Assembly (NCBI RefSeq): GCF_000372725.1
Contig: NW_005201092.1
Location: 532,564 to 596,563, forward strand
From: Emiliania huxleyi CCMP1516
Lineage: Eukaryota
Direction: 5' to 3'
Length of the DNA: 64,000 nt
Part shown: piece after piece, positions 23,054 to 35,120 of the stretch
How the letters are laid out: each line of letters starts with the position of its first letter
Numbering within the stretch: the stretch's first letter is position 1
Made by a program: the position numbers and the translations under genes
Notes under the pieces: model-generated
What the model was told of the DNA's origin: nothing
The model's input: the letters and a program-made list of their open reading frames with translations, nothing else
The model's database searches: none

Positions 23054-23731
23054 TCACCTGAGCACGGCGTGGACCTCTATGATCACGCCCTCCGGATCGA
23101 GAAAAAAGATCTGGTGCCAGTCGCGAGCGAACCGCGTGCCGTAGTCGGCGTACTGGACGCCGTGCGCGTCGAGGTGGCGCTTGAAGGCGTCGATGTCATC
23201 GGTGCGGAAGGCGATGTGGCCTATCGGGCCGACGCCGATCGGGTTGATGGCCTCACCGCTGCGGAAGGCGACGCCGAGGTCTCGCGTAGCGAGGTGCATC
23301 TGCATGTGGCCGTCCGTCGTGAAGCTGATGGGCACGTCCGAGCCGGCGCCCGCGGCAGTCATGCCTGTCCGCGGAAACATCTCGATCGGCATCTCATCCA
23401 TGCGCAGCACATCCCTGTAGAACTCGAGCAGGCCTGTCACCTCGCGACTCACGACGTTGATGTGGTGCAGCTTGGGCGGTGCGAAGGCATCGCTCGCGTG
23501 ACGCTCCGAGCGCAAATCGGGATTTGCCGCGACGAGCGTTTTAAGCTCGTCCTCGAGGCCATCTCGGCTCTCGCGCAGTTCCGGGTGCGCAGTCTCAAGG
23601 CTGCGCAGCTGCTGCTTGACCGATGCGAGCTGCTCCCGGAGGCGGGCGTGCGCCAGCGCTGCGCCGCTGCTTGTGCACAGGTGGCGGCCTCTCGCACTCC
23701 CGCCGCAACCGACGCGCAGTAGCGCCCTCAT
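23054..23731 (-). CDS. Glyoxalase/VOC-family protein with an N-terminal transit-peptide-like extension
   Basis: LHHINVVS...FYRDVL, GHIAFRTDD, QIFFLDPEGVIIEV; intronless. Confidence 0.85.
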   Translation of the reverse strand: MRALLRVGCGGSARGRHLCTSSGAALAHARLREQLASVKQQLRSLETAHPELRESRDGLEDELKTLVAANPDLRSERHASDAFAPPKLHHINVVSREVTGLLEFYRDVLRMDEMPIEMFPRTGMTAAGAGSDVPISFTTDGHMQMHLATRDLGVAFRSGEAINPIGVGPIGHIAFRTDDIDAFKRHLDAHGVQYADYGTRFARDWHQIFFLDPEGVIIEVHAVLR

Positions 23732-24153
23732 CGTCGTTGTCGGCGTCGCACGTTGTCGGTAGCCGACTTGCACAGCCTCTTCCTCTCGCCAGGTCGTGCC
23801 GCTCCACCGCTCCACCGCCACTGTCTCGCCAGGCGGCACGCAAAAAAGAAGAAATACTCCACGAGAAAATAGGCACCGGCCCTGCGCGCACCACTCCCTT
23901 TGTTCTCTTCTCATAAAATCGGAGGGTCGGCCCACGGGGGGACTTCGTGAACTGAAGCGACCTAACGATTTATCGATTTTATGTATTATGAGTGGCAGCA
24001 AAGGGAGTGGGCGCGCACTGGCACTAACACGCGACTCCTGCGAGGAAACGAAACATCTAGTTGAAATTGGAGAGAAGGGGGCTTTTCCTCTTTCTTTCTA
24101 AACAACGAAGGACTCGATCTCTCAAAAGACAGCTCACGCGGCTCCGTTGGGGC

Positions 24154-26260
24154 TCACGCGGCCGTCCGCATGCGCACCCTCCTCACGCCGAGGCTGACCA
24201 GCGCCTCGTCACACCTCTCCGCCTGCCTCTCCACCCCCCCCTCCGCCGTCTCTCGAGCGAGCGCCTGCAGCGCCGCAACGCCGCCGACCCGGTGCCACTG
24301 CTCAGCGCACGCAGACGAGGAGGTTGCGAGGGCGAGGAGGGCGTTGATGCTGTCTCTGCGCCAGCCATCATCCTCGGGCTGGTCCAGCCGCGAGAGGAGC
24401 AGCGAGAGGCAAGTGTCGTCGGCCGCGAGGTCGGGACAGCTGCTGGCCAGGTACACAAGGGCAATGGCAGCAGCGAGTTTGCAGTCGTCCGAGGCGCCTG
24501 CCTCCTGCGCGAGAGAGGAGAGGACCGCCACACCGCCAGCCTCGACGACACCCTCGTGCGTGGCGGGTGTTACCTCAATCATGTTGCCGAGCCGCCACCG
24601 CGGCACCACCCTTCTGCCTCTCAGTCCCATCGCGAGCCAGCGCGACGAGGACCTCGATGCCGCCGGCCGCTGCGATCGCCACGCTGTTCTCGTCGTTGTC
24701 AGAGAGGTTCCACAGCGCCCCCGCCGCACGCTCCTTCTGCCCCTCGTTCCCATCGCGAGCCAGCGCGACGAGGACCTCGATGCCGCCGGCCGCAACAATC
24801 GCCGCCTTGTTGTCGTCGTTGTCAGCGAGGCACCACAGCGCTCCTGCCGCACAATCCTTCTGCCCCTCGTTCCCATCGCGAGCCAGCGACACGAGGACTT
24901 CGATGCCGCCGGCCGCAGCAATCGCCACGCTGCTGTCGTCGTTCAGAGCGAGGTTCGCCAGCGCTCCCGCCGCATTCTCCTTCTGCGCCTCATTCCCGTC
25001 GCGAGCCAGCGACATTAAAACCTCGATGCCACCAGCCGCAACAATCGCCGCCTCGTTGTCGTCGTTGTCAGCGAGGTTCCTCAGCGCTCCTGCCGCATTC
25101 TGCTTCTGCGCCTCATTCCCGTCGCGAGCCAGCGACATTAAAACCTCGATGCCACCAGCCGCAACAATCGCCGCCTCGTTGTCGTCGTTGACAGCGAAGT
25201 TCCACAGCGCTCCTGCCGCACAATCCTTCTGCCCCTCAGTCCCGTGGCGAGCCAGCGCAATAAGCACCTCGATTCCGCCTGCAGCAGCGATCGCCACCTT
25301 GAGGTCGTCGTTGGTAGCGAGGTTCCACAGCGCCCCCGCCGCTTCCTCCTTCTGCCCCTCATTCCCGTCGCGAGCCAGCGACACGAAAACCTCGACGCCG
25401 CCGGCCGCAGCAATCGCCGCCTCGTTGTCGTCGATGTAAGCAAGGTTCGCCAGCGCCCCCACAGCGTTCTCCTTCTGCTCCTCATTGCCATCGCGAGCCA
25501 TAGCAACGAACAGCTCGACGCCGCCGGCCGCAACAATCGCCGCCTTGTTGTCGTCCTTGGCTGAGAGGTTCCACAGCGCCGCCGCGGCACCCTCCTTCTG
25601 CTCCTCATTCCCGTCGCGAGCCAGTGACACGAGGGCCTCGATCCCGCCGGCCGCAGCGATCGCCACCTTGAGGTCGTCGTTGACAGCGAGGTTCCACAGC
25701 GCCCGCACCGCATCCTCCTTCTGCGCCTCATTCCCATCCCGAGCCAGTGACACGAGGACCTCCACGCCGCCGGCCGCGGCTATCGCCACCCGGCTCTCAT
25801 CGTCGTCCCGGGCAAGCTCCTGGAGCGTTGCCGCGACGTCCGCCTTCTCGTCCTCGTCTCCAACCCGTAAGAGGGCGACGAGCGCGTCCATCCGCCTGCT
25901 GCTGGCCTCCTCTCCCGACAGCCGCTTGAGCTCTCCGAGCGCAGCGGCTTGCAGCTCCGAGGAGGCATCGCCAGCGGTCTCCACCAGCCGCGCGAAGGCA
26001 CCGCGCGGCGCGAAGATCAGGGACCACCGCTTGCACACGGCCGCGTGGCGCAGGCCCGTCTTCTCGAGCACGCACGGCGCAAGGTCCGGGTCCGCGAGAA
26101 CGTCGGTCGCGACGGCGGGCGGAGGGCTGTGGTGCGCGAGGAGCGCCTCGGCCCTCCTGTTTGCAGCGGGGCTGTCCCGCATCGCGCCGGCGGCGATCGC
26201 GATCAGGGCATCGGGCGGAAGAGCGGCGAGCCGCAGCTCGTAGCGGGCGCAGGCGAGCAT
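24154..26260 (-). CDS. F-box-like plus Armadillo repeat protein; frame break near 24600
   Basis: About 11 repeats of IAAAGGIEVLVSLARDGNEEQKENAAGALWNL (41 aa, 123 bp); N-terminal VLADPDLAPCVL...AAVCKRW; the C-terminal ARM-like segment continues in another frame to 24154. Confidence 0.85.
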
Positions 26261-26833
26261 TCGCGGCGAAAACTGTTTTTCCATCGATTTCTTGCGCATT
26301 GGCGCCCGGGCCGGCCACTCCTCCGCCGTCGCCACCGATGCAGTCCACAGGTCGACGCGGTCGTGGCTGTCGCTGCAGGCCCAGCGCATGTCAGTCGCGC
26401 TGCAGCTCGCGGCGGCGGAAGAGATTGCGACCGAGCTCAGGCCTAGACTCCCCTGCGTCACTACGTGCCTCCCCGTCTTTGTAGCCTGGTGTTTGTGCCC
26501 CGTTTGTGCCGCGTCCCGTGCCCGGAATTCATTTTATAAAGCTCCTCCACCGTCGCGGGCGGAGGCGAGCATTTCCCGGTCCGGCGCGACGCGCGAGAAT
26601 TCGTTTTTCGCCTCAGTCATTTCCTCGATTTGTGCATTCATTTCTTGCACGATTTCTTCCCTTGCCCCATTTTTTCGTCTTCGTAGGCTTGTTCATTTAT
26701 GAAGAATTTTTCTCGAGGCCTCGACCGTGTCGCCTCGGCGTTGCTCGACGGTGTTGCCTCGACAACAACAACACCGGCTTGGCGCTTTCTCCCACATCAT
26801 CCCGTCGCAGCTGGCCGGAGTTGATCCCTACAC

Positions 26834-27931
26834 ATGGCTGAAAGCCGAGCATTACCGATAATGATTCCGACGCCGGTCACCGCGCTCCTTTCGGCGCTCT
26901 TGCTCGGAGCTGCGCTGGCAGAGCCGGAGCACTGCTCCGCCGCAGATATGCCACGTGTGTCCCTCGGCGACGGCAACATGCTTCCTGCGGTAGGCCTCGG
27001 CCTTTATTATACGCCGCCCGGCGCCGTGGCTCAGGAGATCGTGCGTGAGGCGCTCCGGCTGGGCTACCGCCACCTCGACACGGCCGGCTTCTACGAGAAT
27101 GAGGCGGACGTTGGGCGCGCCGTGCGCGAGTCGGGCATACCTCGCGAGCAGATCCACATCACCTCAAAGGTGTGGCCCGAGGCGGAGGGCCGCTGGGTCG
27201 AGGACGGGTTCGCGGCCGTGCTCGACGCAGTCAACGCGAGCGTTGCCGCGCTGGGCACGCGCGCCGACCTCTACCTGATTCACTGGCCGGTCAACCCGGA
27301 TCAGCGGATCGAGTACTGGCTCGCACTCGAGGAGGCGCAGCGGCTCGGACTCGCGCGGAGCATCGGGGTGAGCAACTTTGGCGTCGCCCACCTGCAGCAG
27401 CTGATCGATTCGCCGCGCACGAGCGTGGTGCCAGCCGCCAACGAGGCCCCCTCGCCGGCGGGCGACAGGCGAGGGCGGCGGCTCACCGAGAGAGGCGCAG
27501 CTCGACCACGTAGGTTGAGCTGCACCCCTTTTTGCGAAAGGACGAGATCGAGGCCTTCTGCGCGGCGCGTGGCATCCGCCTGATCGCCTACTCCCCGCTC
27601 GCGCGCGCGCTCCGCCTCGACCACCCCTCGCTGGAGGCGGCGGCCGCGCGGCACGGCGTCTCTACTGCGCAGGCGCTCGTGGGCGAGACGGGCAAGCACC
27701 GCCCGCCACCTCCTCACGTGCTCCTGTCAACAGGTTCTGGTGCGCTGGTCCGTGCAGCACGGGTACGTGCCGCTCCCAAAGTCGGTCAGATCCGAGCGGG
27801 TGGCGCAGAATGTGGACGTCTTCGGCTTCGAGCTCTCGGCGCAGGAGATGGCGGCGCTCGACGCGCTCGACGAGCGGCTCTTCACCGAGTGGGAGGAGTG
27901 GGGGCAGCTCGACCCGACGGCGTTGCCATGA
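26834..27931 (+). CDS. Aldo/keto reductase (AKR5-like) with signal-like N-terminus, two introns
   Basis: PAVGLG, GYRHLDTAGFYENE, ITSKVW, DLYLIHWP, SIGVSNF, AYSPL, PLPKSVRSERVAQN. Confidence 0.92.
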
Positions 27932-29284
27932 GGAGGGCGGCGAGCGAATTTCCTCAACCGACAACCCCTCATGTAACGTGTAACGTAAAGAGCCGACCCG
28001 TGTACGGACTCCACTCTAGTGTACGAACCTCACTCGTGATCAGTCCCGCTATGGATATGCCCAACCCACAAAATGAATACGCACCGCATTATGGTTATGC
28101 TCTGGTTTTAAAGGACCACGGGAAATATTGTTTTTATTGAATATATTGCTCCAATAGTTAGAGGTGCGATCAATATCAATATATATGTCAATAGTTAGAG
28201 GGACCAGGGCCTGGATTGGCTAAGGGGGGCTCAATATATTGATATATTCAGCGATGGTATGTCCATCCCAGCTGCTGGGCGGGCTTCAGGGTGGTGCTTT
28301 CACGCGAAAAGGAATCGACGCGATGTACAAACTACAAAGCATACAAGAAGAGGAGAAAGAAGAGGAGAAACACCAGTGATGACGAGACAGAAGCTAGCGC
28401 GGACGAGAGCAGGGCAGACCCGGGGACGGCGGAGCCGGAGCAGACGGCATCGGCCGCCGAGGGAACGTTGGGAAGAGGCACGAGGAGGGCGGCGACCTCG
28501 ACCGACTATGGAGGACCCGTCGCCAGACGACGCAGGGCGGACGATGTGGAGGCGGAGCAGACGCGCAGGGCGAGACGAGGGAGGGAGCAGGACTTTGCGG
28601 AGATCAGCAGGAGGATGTACGAACGAAGAGATTAGGAGCAGCAGGGACCTGAGGGACCATGTGGAAGACGGCTAGTGCTAGTCCCCCATTGGGAGGACGA
28701 CCCCGGCTAATGTAATGTAAACTGCATACTGGGCTGGGTTTTTAGGCATTGTGGGGTTGGCACTCCCATCGACCCTCATGACCTCCTGCGGTCTCTGAGA
28801 TGGACACCAGTGGGTGTGGGACCACAGCCAGGATACACTCGAAGGCTGGGTAAGCAGTAGAGGTCGATACTCGACGCGTCCCACATGGTTGTGTCGCTGT
28901 CGGCACGCTGTCGACAGGACGTCGGGCGACACCGGTGGCAGTGCCACCCAGGAGTGGTCGGTAGTCTCCCGTCATGAGAGAGCCACCATGTGATCCGTAT
29001 GATGATTCCTGACAACCGCCTCAGTCAACTTTCGTCACAGTTCCCGCTCTGAGAGGAGCTGCGGGTCAGCTCGACAGCTGGAGCTGTGTCGCCGGCGTGC
29101 GGCGGCCTGCCTCCGGAGGTGCCTCTGAGGTGGACATTTCTTGGTCACCGTGAGAGAACGCGTTCGAATTTTTACTCCGGAACTTCAACTGAGCACGCGC
29201 ACCGGCCAGGGCTACAATAGTGCCAGTGAGGCGAAGGCGCGAGTCGGAAGGCCGCGACCGTCAAGTGTTTTCGTCATTTTCCTA

Positions 29285-30695
29285 CTAGAGTTAAGCCCTT
29301 GAAGGGCCCCGCCCCCAATGGGGGCGGGGTTGAATGGGCTGGCGCTGGCGTGGCGTTGACATGAGCACGAAGTTGCTAATGTGGGTAGACGAACAAAAAG
29401 TAGGGTTGAATTCGTCCACGTAAGGCTTGGCCTTGGGGACTGGTTGGGGTGGCCTCAGGCATCTCCAAGGGAGTCGCAGCGGTGCCCCATAAGCATCTTA
29501 GCGATTGTCGAACCTCGAAGTGCGTTCGTTTGAAGAAAGGCACACGGTACTATCGCCTATCGGGCCACCGGTGTCGGGTCACCAGTACTAAACAAAAATT
29601 CGACACTTTGAGGGGTGAGAGCATACAGTATTGTGGCATATCATGTCACATAAGGTCAAGCTTGACCGCAGAAGCATCAAGAAGCGGATACTCCAGCTCG
29701 ACTGTGCCGGCAACGCTGCCTCCTCACGCCGGCTGGCTGCCAGCAGCCGTCGCGGCCCGTGGCGTGCACCAGAGAGGGAGAGAGGTCGAGTCCGCGTGGC
29801 TCAGGCCGGCCAGAAGGTGTGTGGCGACGGCACCGTGGCAGGAGTGCGGAGAAGAGCTCGCCGAACGCGAGCAGCGGAAGGCCGAAGTGTGCCAGCGCGA
29901 GAGCCTCGCGAACGGGTGCAGAAAAAGCTCGCCGTGACACGATGCCGGGCGGTGGTGGTGCTCTGGCGGCTGTGCACAGTGGGAAACGTCAGGCTGCAAC
30001 AGGGCAGCACGATGGTCGTGCCCCGCTGCAGCCTGGCCTGACATGCACAGGGCGAACAGAGACGGTACTATCGCCTGGCGCTCGTCTGGGCAAACTTTGA
30101 CCGCCGCCCGGCTCGCAACGAGCACGCAGCGACAAAATGATGACCGTGTCGAAGTTGAGGCTGGTCGAGAGAAAGAGGCTGCCATGCGAGCCGGCAACTG
30201 GCTGGCTCGGCGTGGACAGCCGGCGGCGACTTTTTGCCGAAGAGCGTGCCTGCCGAAGAGCGAGTCTGACTCAAAGTGCACGGAGTGGGCGCCGCCGACC
30301 GTCGGGAGGAGTCCGATGGGTGCCAGGACGATCCAGAGAGCGATGAAGGCGCAAATTGCGCCGCCGAAAGTGGCGGTAGAGGCCAGGCCGTGCGCGTGGG
30401 CCGGTCGGGCCACGTCCCGGGGCGAGCGATCGAGGGCCGCGGGGCTCGCCCCGTCGGCCGAGCGGTGCGAACGGCCGGTCGCCCGCTTCGGGTTGGACCC
30501 GCCGGGCGGTCCGGCGGCGGATGGCACGGCCGGGCGGGCCCCGGGAGGCAGGCGGGGCCGCGACAGGCGGCAGGGCAGAAAATCCCATTCGGAGAGCGTG
30601 TAGCGCGACCCGGTTGCTACTTTCAATGATAGGGACAATCGCTGTGAACCCAGCCACGTATACTATTTTACGATAAAAAAAGAGAGACACAGAGA
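29285..30695 (-). mobile_element. Non-autonomous Helitron-like element, copy 1
   Basis: Inverted diverged copy at 40510-42477; 3' end has the hairpin ccccgcccccattgggggcgggg then CTAG followed by T; a possible A|TC 5' start at 30695. Confidence 0.6.
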
Positions 30696-31001
30696 TACGC
30701 GCGGATTGGCCCCGCCGTCTTCCACGCCAGCACCGGCCGGTGCTATTCTAGAGCGCGGCGGCGAAGTTGGCAATCGCCTGGCGGAAGGCGGGCGCGGCAC
30801 CCGCGCCGGTCGCCGCACCCGCACCAGCAGGCGCCGCGCCCCGCCGTCCCCGCCGCGGGCGGCTCCGGTGCCGCCGCGCCGGCCGCCCCGCGCCACCGCA
30901 CCGGCGAGGTCCTCCATCGGTATCGTCCCCTGGGCTGGCACCGCTGAGTTGCTGCATGGCGCATGTCGGCGACTGTGCTAGCGAGAACGGCTCTAGCGGC
31001 T

Positions 31002-34000
31002 CTAGGTTCGCGGTTGCGGTTCCGCTGTATGTGATCCGCCCCAGGCCGCCTTCAGCCTTGCCAAATTCTTCGATTGCTCGGCGCGGGAGCGGGCGCGGGA
31101 GGTGGAGGAGGCGTCCAGGCTGGACGGAGTGACGGCGGCTACGCCCGACTTCCGCACGACGGGCGGGGCGAAGCCGTAGTACTCCTCTCGGAAAGTTGTC
31201 ACGAACTGCGGGCAGCTCAGCAGCGTCGCCAGCTGGTTGCTCGCGAATGCGGCCTCTTGGCAGATGCGGCCCACGGCCTGTGAGTCGCAGACGTTAATTA
31301 ATCAACTAACTTCTTAACTGGTTAAATTAGTTAATTATATCCTGTGAGCCGCAGACGGTGACGTTGTACGTGAAGGCGGGCGACCCCTTCGCCCCGAGAC
31401 CGTAGTTGACGATTTGCCGCTGCTTCTCCTTGAGGATCACATCGAAGAGGTCCGGCCGCTCGTAGACGATGCTGCCTTCCGCCAGCGTCCCCTAACACGC
31501 GATGCAGATAGGATGCGTACCACGGTCCGAACAGAGCTCCAAACAGGTGCGGGCTCGTTGCCGACGCGGTGCGTTTGAGGCGTGCCACGCTGTCGTCGTC
31601 GGTGTCAGTGACGTAGATTGTGAAGTCGATGAAGTGGCCAAGCCGGTCTTTCCACTCGGAGGCGGTAGCCGGCTTGCCGTACAGGCTACGGTGCAGCTCG
31701 TCCACCAGCCGGTTGACCCGCGGGATGTAGCCGGCCGCTAGCCCAGCATCTCGGCAGACCCAAATCATCTTGTACTGCTCCGCGCCGAGCGAGTTTGGCG
31801 AGCGCGCCTGCCGATGCCACGAGGCGCGGAGGAGCGGGGAGGCCTGCAGCAGGCGCCACACGCGCCAAGCAGCGAGGAGCGTGCGGAGCAGAAGCTGGAG
31901 CGCCGTCGGCGAGCCGAAGTTGCCGGTGCTTTCGGACCACCACACCTGCGTGATGAATGCACCAACATCAGGGCGGGAAGACGGTATTGTGCAGTGTATT
32001 CAGAGCACCGCGTGAATACGAGGGATACGAGTACAGGGGATACAGCGGGAGTCAGCGGAAGACAGTCGAATCCGTGTGTCCTCTCGAGCGCTGGTTGGAA
32101 TACAAGAACGCGTTATTCATTCAGCTTCTAAGGCCACCGCACCGCGAGCAACGCAATGGACCCCATCGTGAAGAGTCCGTCCAGCCATGCCCAGAGCGAG
32201 CGGAGGAAGCGTGTGGGGAACGCGTAGCGGTAGACGAAGTGGAGCGAGTAGCCCGCGAGCAGCACGGCGGCGGCGACCTCGAGGGCCCTGCCCTGCCACT
32301 CCGCCCTCGCCGCCTCCGAGAGAGTCGACCACGAGAAGGCCAGGCCCAGCGACGTCACCTCGCCCAGGATGAGCAGCCAGGAGACGATGTCGAAGACGGC
32401 ATGCAAGCTCGTGTGCGTCCCTCGGCGAAAGAGCGCGCGCATGAAGGCCGACTCGTCCGCAAGGTTGGCGCGTCGGACAGCGTGCTGGATCTTTGTGGCC
32501 GCTGCTGCCCGTGCATCGTCCGCCCCGGAGAAGCGCGCCTGCCGAGGAGCCGGCACATCGACTTCGGCAATCGTCGTGGCCGCCATGCGGTCGAGCTTCG
32601 CCTTTGCAAGGGCCGCCTTGCCCACGAGAGACATGGCGCGGGCGCGCTCCTGCATCAGGGACAGCATCGGCACGACGCCGGTGCCCGTGCCGACGCCGAG
32701 CACTGCGTCGGCCCGCGCAAGATCGGCCACCGCGTAGCCGTAAGGCCCACGGACCTGCAGCGCGGCCTCGCCGCTCAGCAGCTGGGAAGTGTCTCGGAAG
32801 TGTCTCGAAGTGTCTCGGAAGTGTCTCGAAATGTCTCGGAAGTATCTCGGAAGTGTCTAGGACCTGCAGCGCGGCCTCGCCCCTCAGCAGCTGGGAAGTG
32901 TCTTGGAAGTGTCTCGGAAGTGTCTCGAAGTGTCTCGGACGTGTCTCGGAAGTGTCTAGGACCTGCAGCGCGGCCTCGCCGCTCAGCAGCTTGGCGATGC
33001 AGGCGTCTGACGCGAGCCGGCCTGTCCACGACTGGCCGGGCTTCACCTCGATCAGGAAGCAGAGGTAGTTGGCCTCGTTGCCCGACCCGATGGAGAAGGG
33101 GTGCCAGAAGGGGTCGATGCCCGGCACGCAAATCTGTGCGTACTGCCCAGCGCAGAACCGGAACGCGGCGGGCCGCTCAACACGGAGGAGGAGGACCTTT
33201 CCGGTCGAGACAGCCTCGAGCACGCGGCACCGGTGTGTGGTGAAGAAGCACCAGGCCCGGTCTGTGAGGTAGAGCGTCATGGACGCGCCAAACCACGAGA
33301 GCGTCTGCGACCTCCGGAGAGTGCCTTCGCGGACCGGCTTGTCGAAGGTGTGCACTGCTGCGACGAGGAACCTGGCGGGAGTGGGAGGGGGTGGGTATTG
33401 CCATCTCAACCGAGCGCTCTCGGTTTGCTCACATGACGAAGACGAATCCGTGCGCGATCTTGAAGAGCTCATACGGCACGCGGCCGCGGATGAACGATGT
33501 GATCAGCACGATGGCCGTTGAGACGGCAGTGACTAGCCCGGTCACGAATATCTCAGAGCGGAGCTTGGAGCAAAAGTCGGCCGGGTCGAGCCCGTGACGA
33601 AAGTCGTAGCAAATCTTTCCGAAGAAGCCGAAGAAGCCGCTGGGGGGGGGCGGGGGGGGATCAGCTGCAGATTGGGGCGCAGTTTAATCGGTTTTCCACT
33701 CACATGGTGGCGCCGATGAGGAGGATGCAGAAGGCGTAGCCGACCTGGATGTGGAACTGCATGATATGCTGAAAGGGAAAGGTCGAGCCCAGGACCTCGG
33801 TGGACAAGAGGGCGAGGAGCCGCTTGGCCATCGTCAACGGGAGGAGTGCCAGCTGGAAGAGGATGGCATGCATCTGAAGCGCGGGTTCATGGTATACAGT
33901 GTCAGTGTCAGCTGCTTCGCCTGTCTGTACACGAATATATCCCGCCAGGAGAAGCTGCAACTCACCAGGCCAAACTCAAAGGGTGGCATCAACCGTTTAA

Positions 34001-34280
34001 GCCAGTAGTTCGGGGCGCCCTCGGGCACGTTCGCGAGCTGCACGTAGTACTTGTTCTGAAAGAAATGCTGCCAGGCCACAATCGTGAGGAGCAGGTGCAG
34101 CGCTCGGAAGAGGAGCAAGCTGTACAGCACGTTGAAGCGAGAGCCGACGCGGTCCACGAAAGAGACGGACTTGACGTTATCCATCGCCAACTTTGCAATT
34201 CTGCGATTGAATTGGCGAGATGCCGCAGCACCCTCCACCGTCGTCTCCATCGCTTTCGACGCGTGTTCTGGAGACGACAT
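31002..34280 (-). CDS. NADPH oxidase / ferric reductase family flavocytochrome with a 4-TM insertion in the NADPH-binding domain; multi-exon
   Basis: FHIQVGY, IAHGF and AVHT (candidate heme His), AGQYAQI and WHPFSI (FAD), GPYG, GTGTGVVPMLS (NADPH), MIWVCRD, IYVT, GRPDL, EEYYG. Confidence 0.9.
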
Positions 34281-34370
34281 GCCGAGTCGTTGAGAGCAGA
34301 ACACAGCCTGGCTGTCCACGACAAACCGCACCGAGAGAGGGGGGGGAGGGACACAGGCCGGCTTTTTTCG

Positions 34371-35120
34371 TCATAAGAGGGCTCCCGCGGCGATCAACAC
34401 CGCAACTCCTTTTCTGGCTACGCGCACAGACACAGTACGCGGCAGCGCCGACACGTCAACCCGCGTGTACGTCAGCGACGGGTCGCGCACGCCGCACGAG
34501 GCGCATGCGTGCAGCGGCAGCGCGTGCGCCATGCGCTCGTCGCTCCACTCGCCCAGCAGCCGCCGCTTCGTCTCGTCGGAGACGTGCACGCAGCGCTGCA
34601 GCAGCGCCGCCGTCTCGTCCTCGGGCCGCTCCAGGTCCATGACGACGTTCGTCGAGGCGTGGAAGCGCGTCTCCAGGTCGATGGCCGCCTGCTCGGCCGC
34701 GGCGAGCTTGCCCTGGTCGACGCACATGCCGCACACCGCGTGCGCCGGGCAGCCGCACTGGCCGCGTTGTGGGCGCACGGTCTTGGCGACCGCCGGCGCT
34801 GCGCGCCGGTCGTGCTGCTCACGCTGCCGGCGGCGCTGGTCGCGCGCCTGCCGATCGCGCGTGTTCGCGGCGGCTGCATCTCCTGCTCGTTTCGCTCGCA
34901 CCCGAGCGGCTGTCGCCAGGCGCTTCAGGTCGGCGGTGCTGCGCGCGCGGCCGTCGGCTCTGCACAGCCACATGTCCTCCTCCTCGGCAGGCTCGCACGG
35001 CTTGCCGTCGAACTGCGGCGGGAACCCGCGACGACGCTTCGCCCAGGCCGGGCACGATGGTGCCGCGACGAGCGGCGTCGAGGCGACGGCCATCGATGGG
35101 TCCAGAAGACTTGGAGACAC
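34371..35120 (-). other. Truncated ORF, possibly the N-terminal fragment of a Helitron-type protein
   Basis: Basic Arg-rich stretch, a C-x-C...C-x2-C cluster and LHACASCGVRD; ends abruptly just upstream of the NOX gene. Confidence 0.3.

Noticed and set aside
28750..29014. Possible solo LTR (TG...CA, lower GC)
   Set aside because: No second copy, TSD, PBS or retroviral ORF could be established in the window.
1..34280. Functional Ca2+/ROS signalling cluster (receptor-PLC, IQ-bearing GPR155-like, IQ-bearing NOX)
   Set aside because: The genes are separated by unrelated genes and transposons; proximity in a eukaryotic genome is no evidence of a shared pathway.
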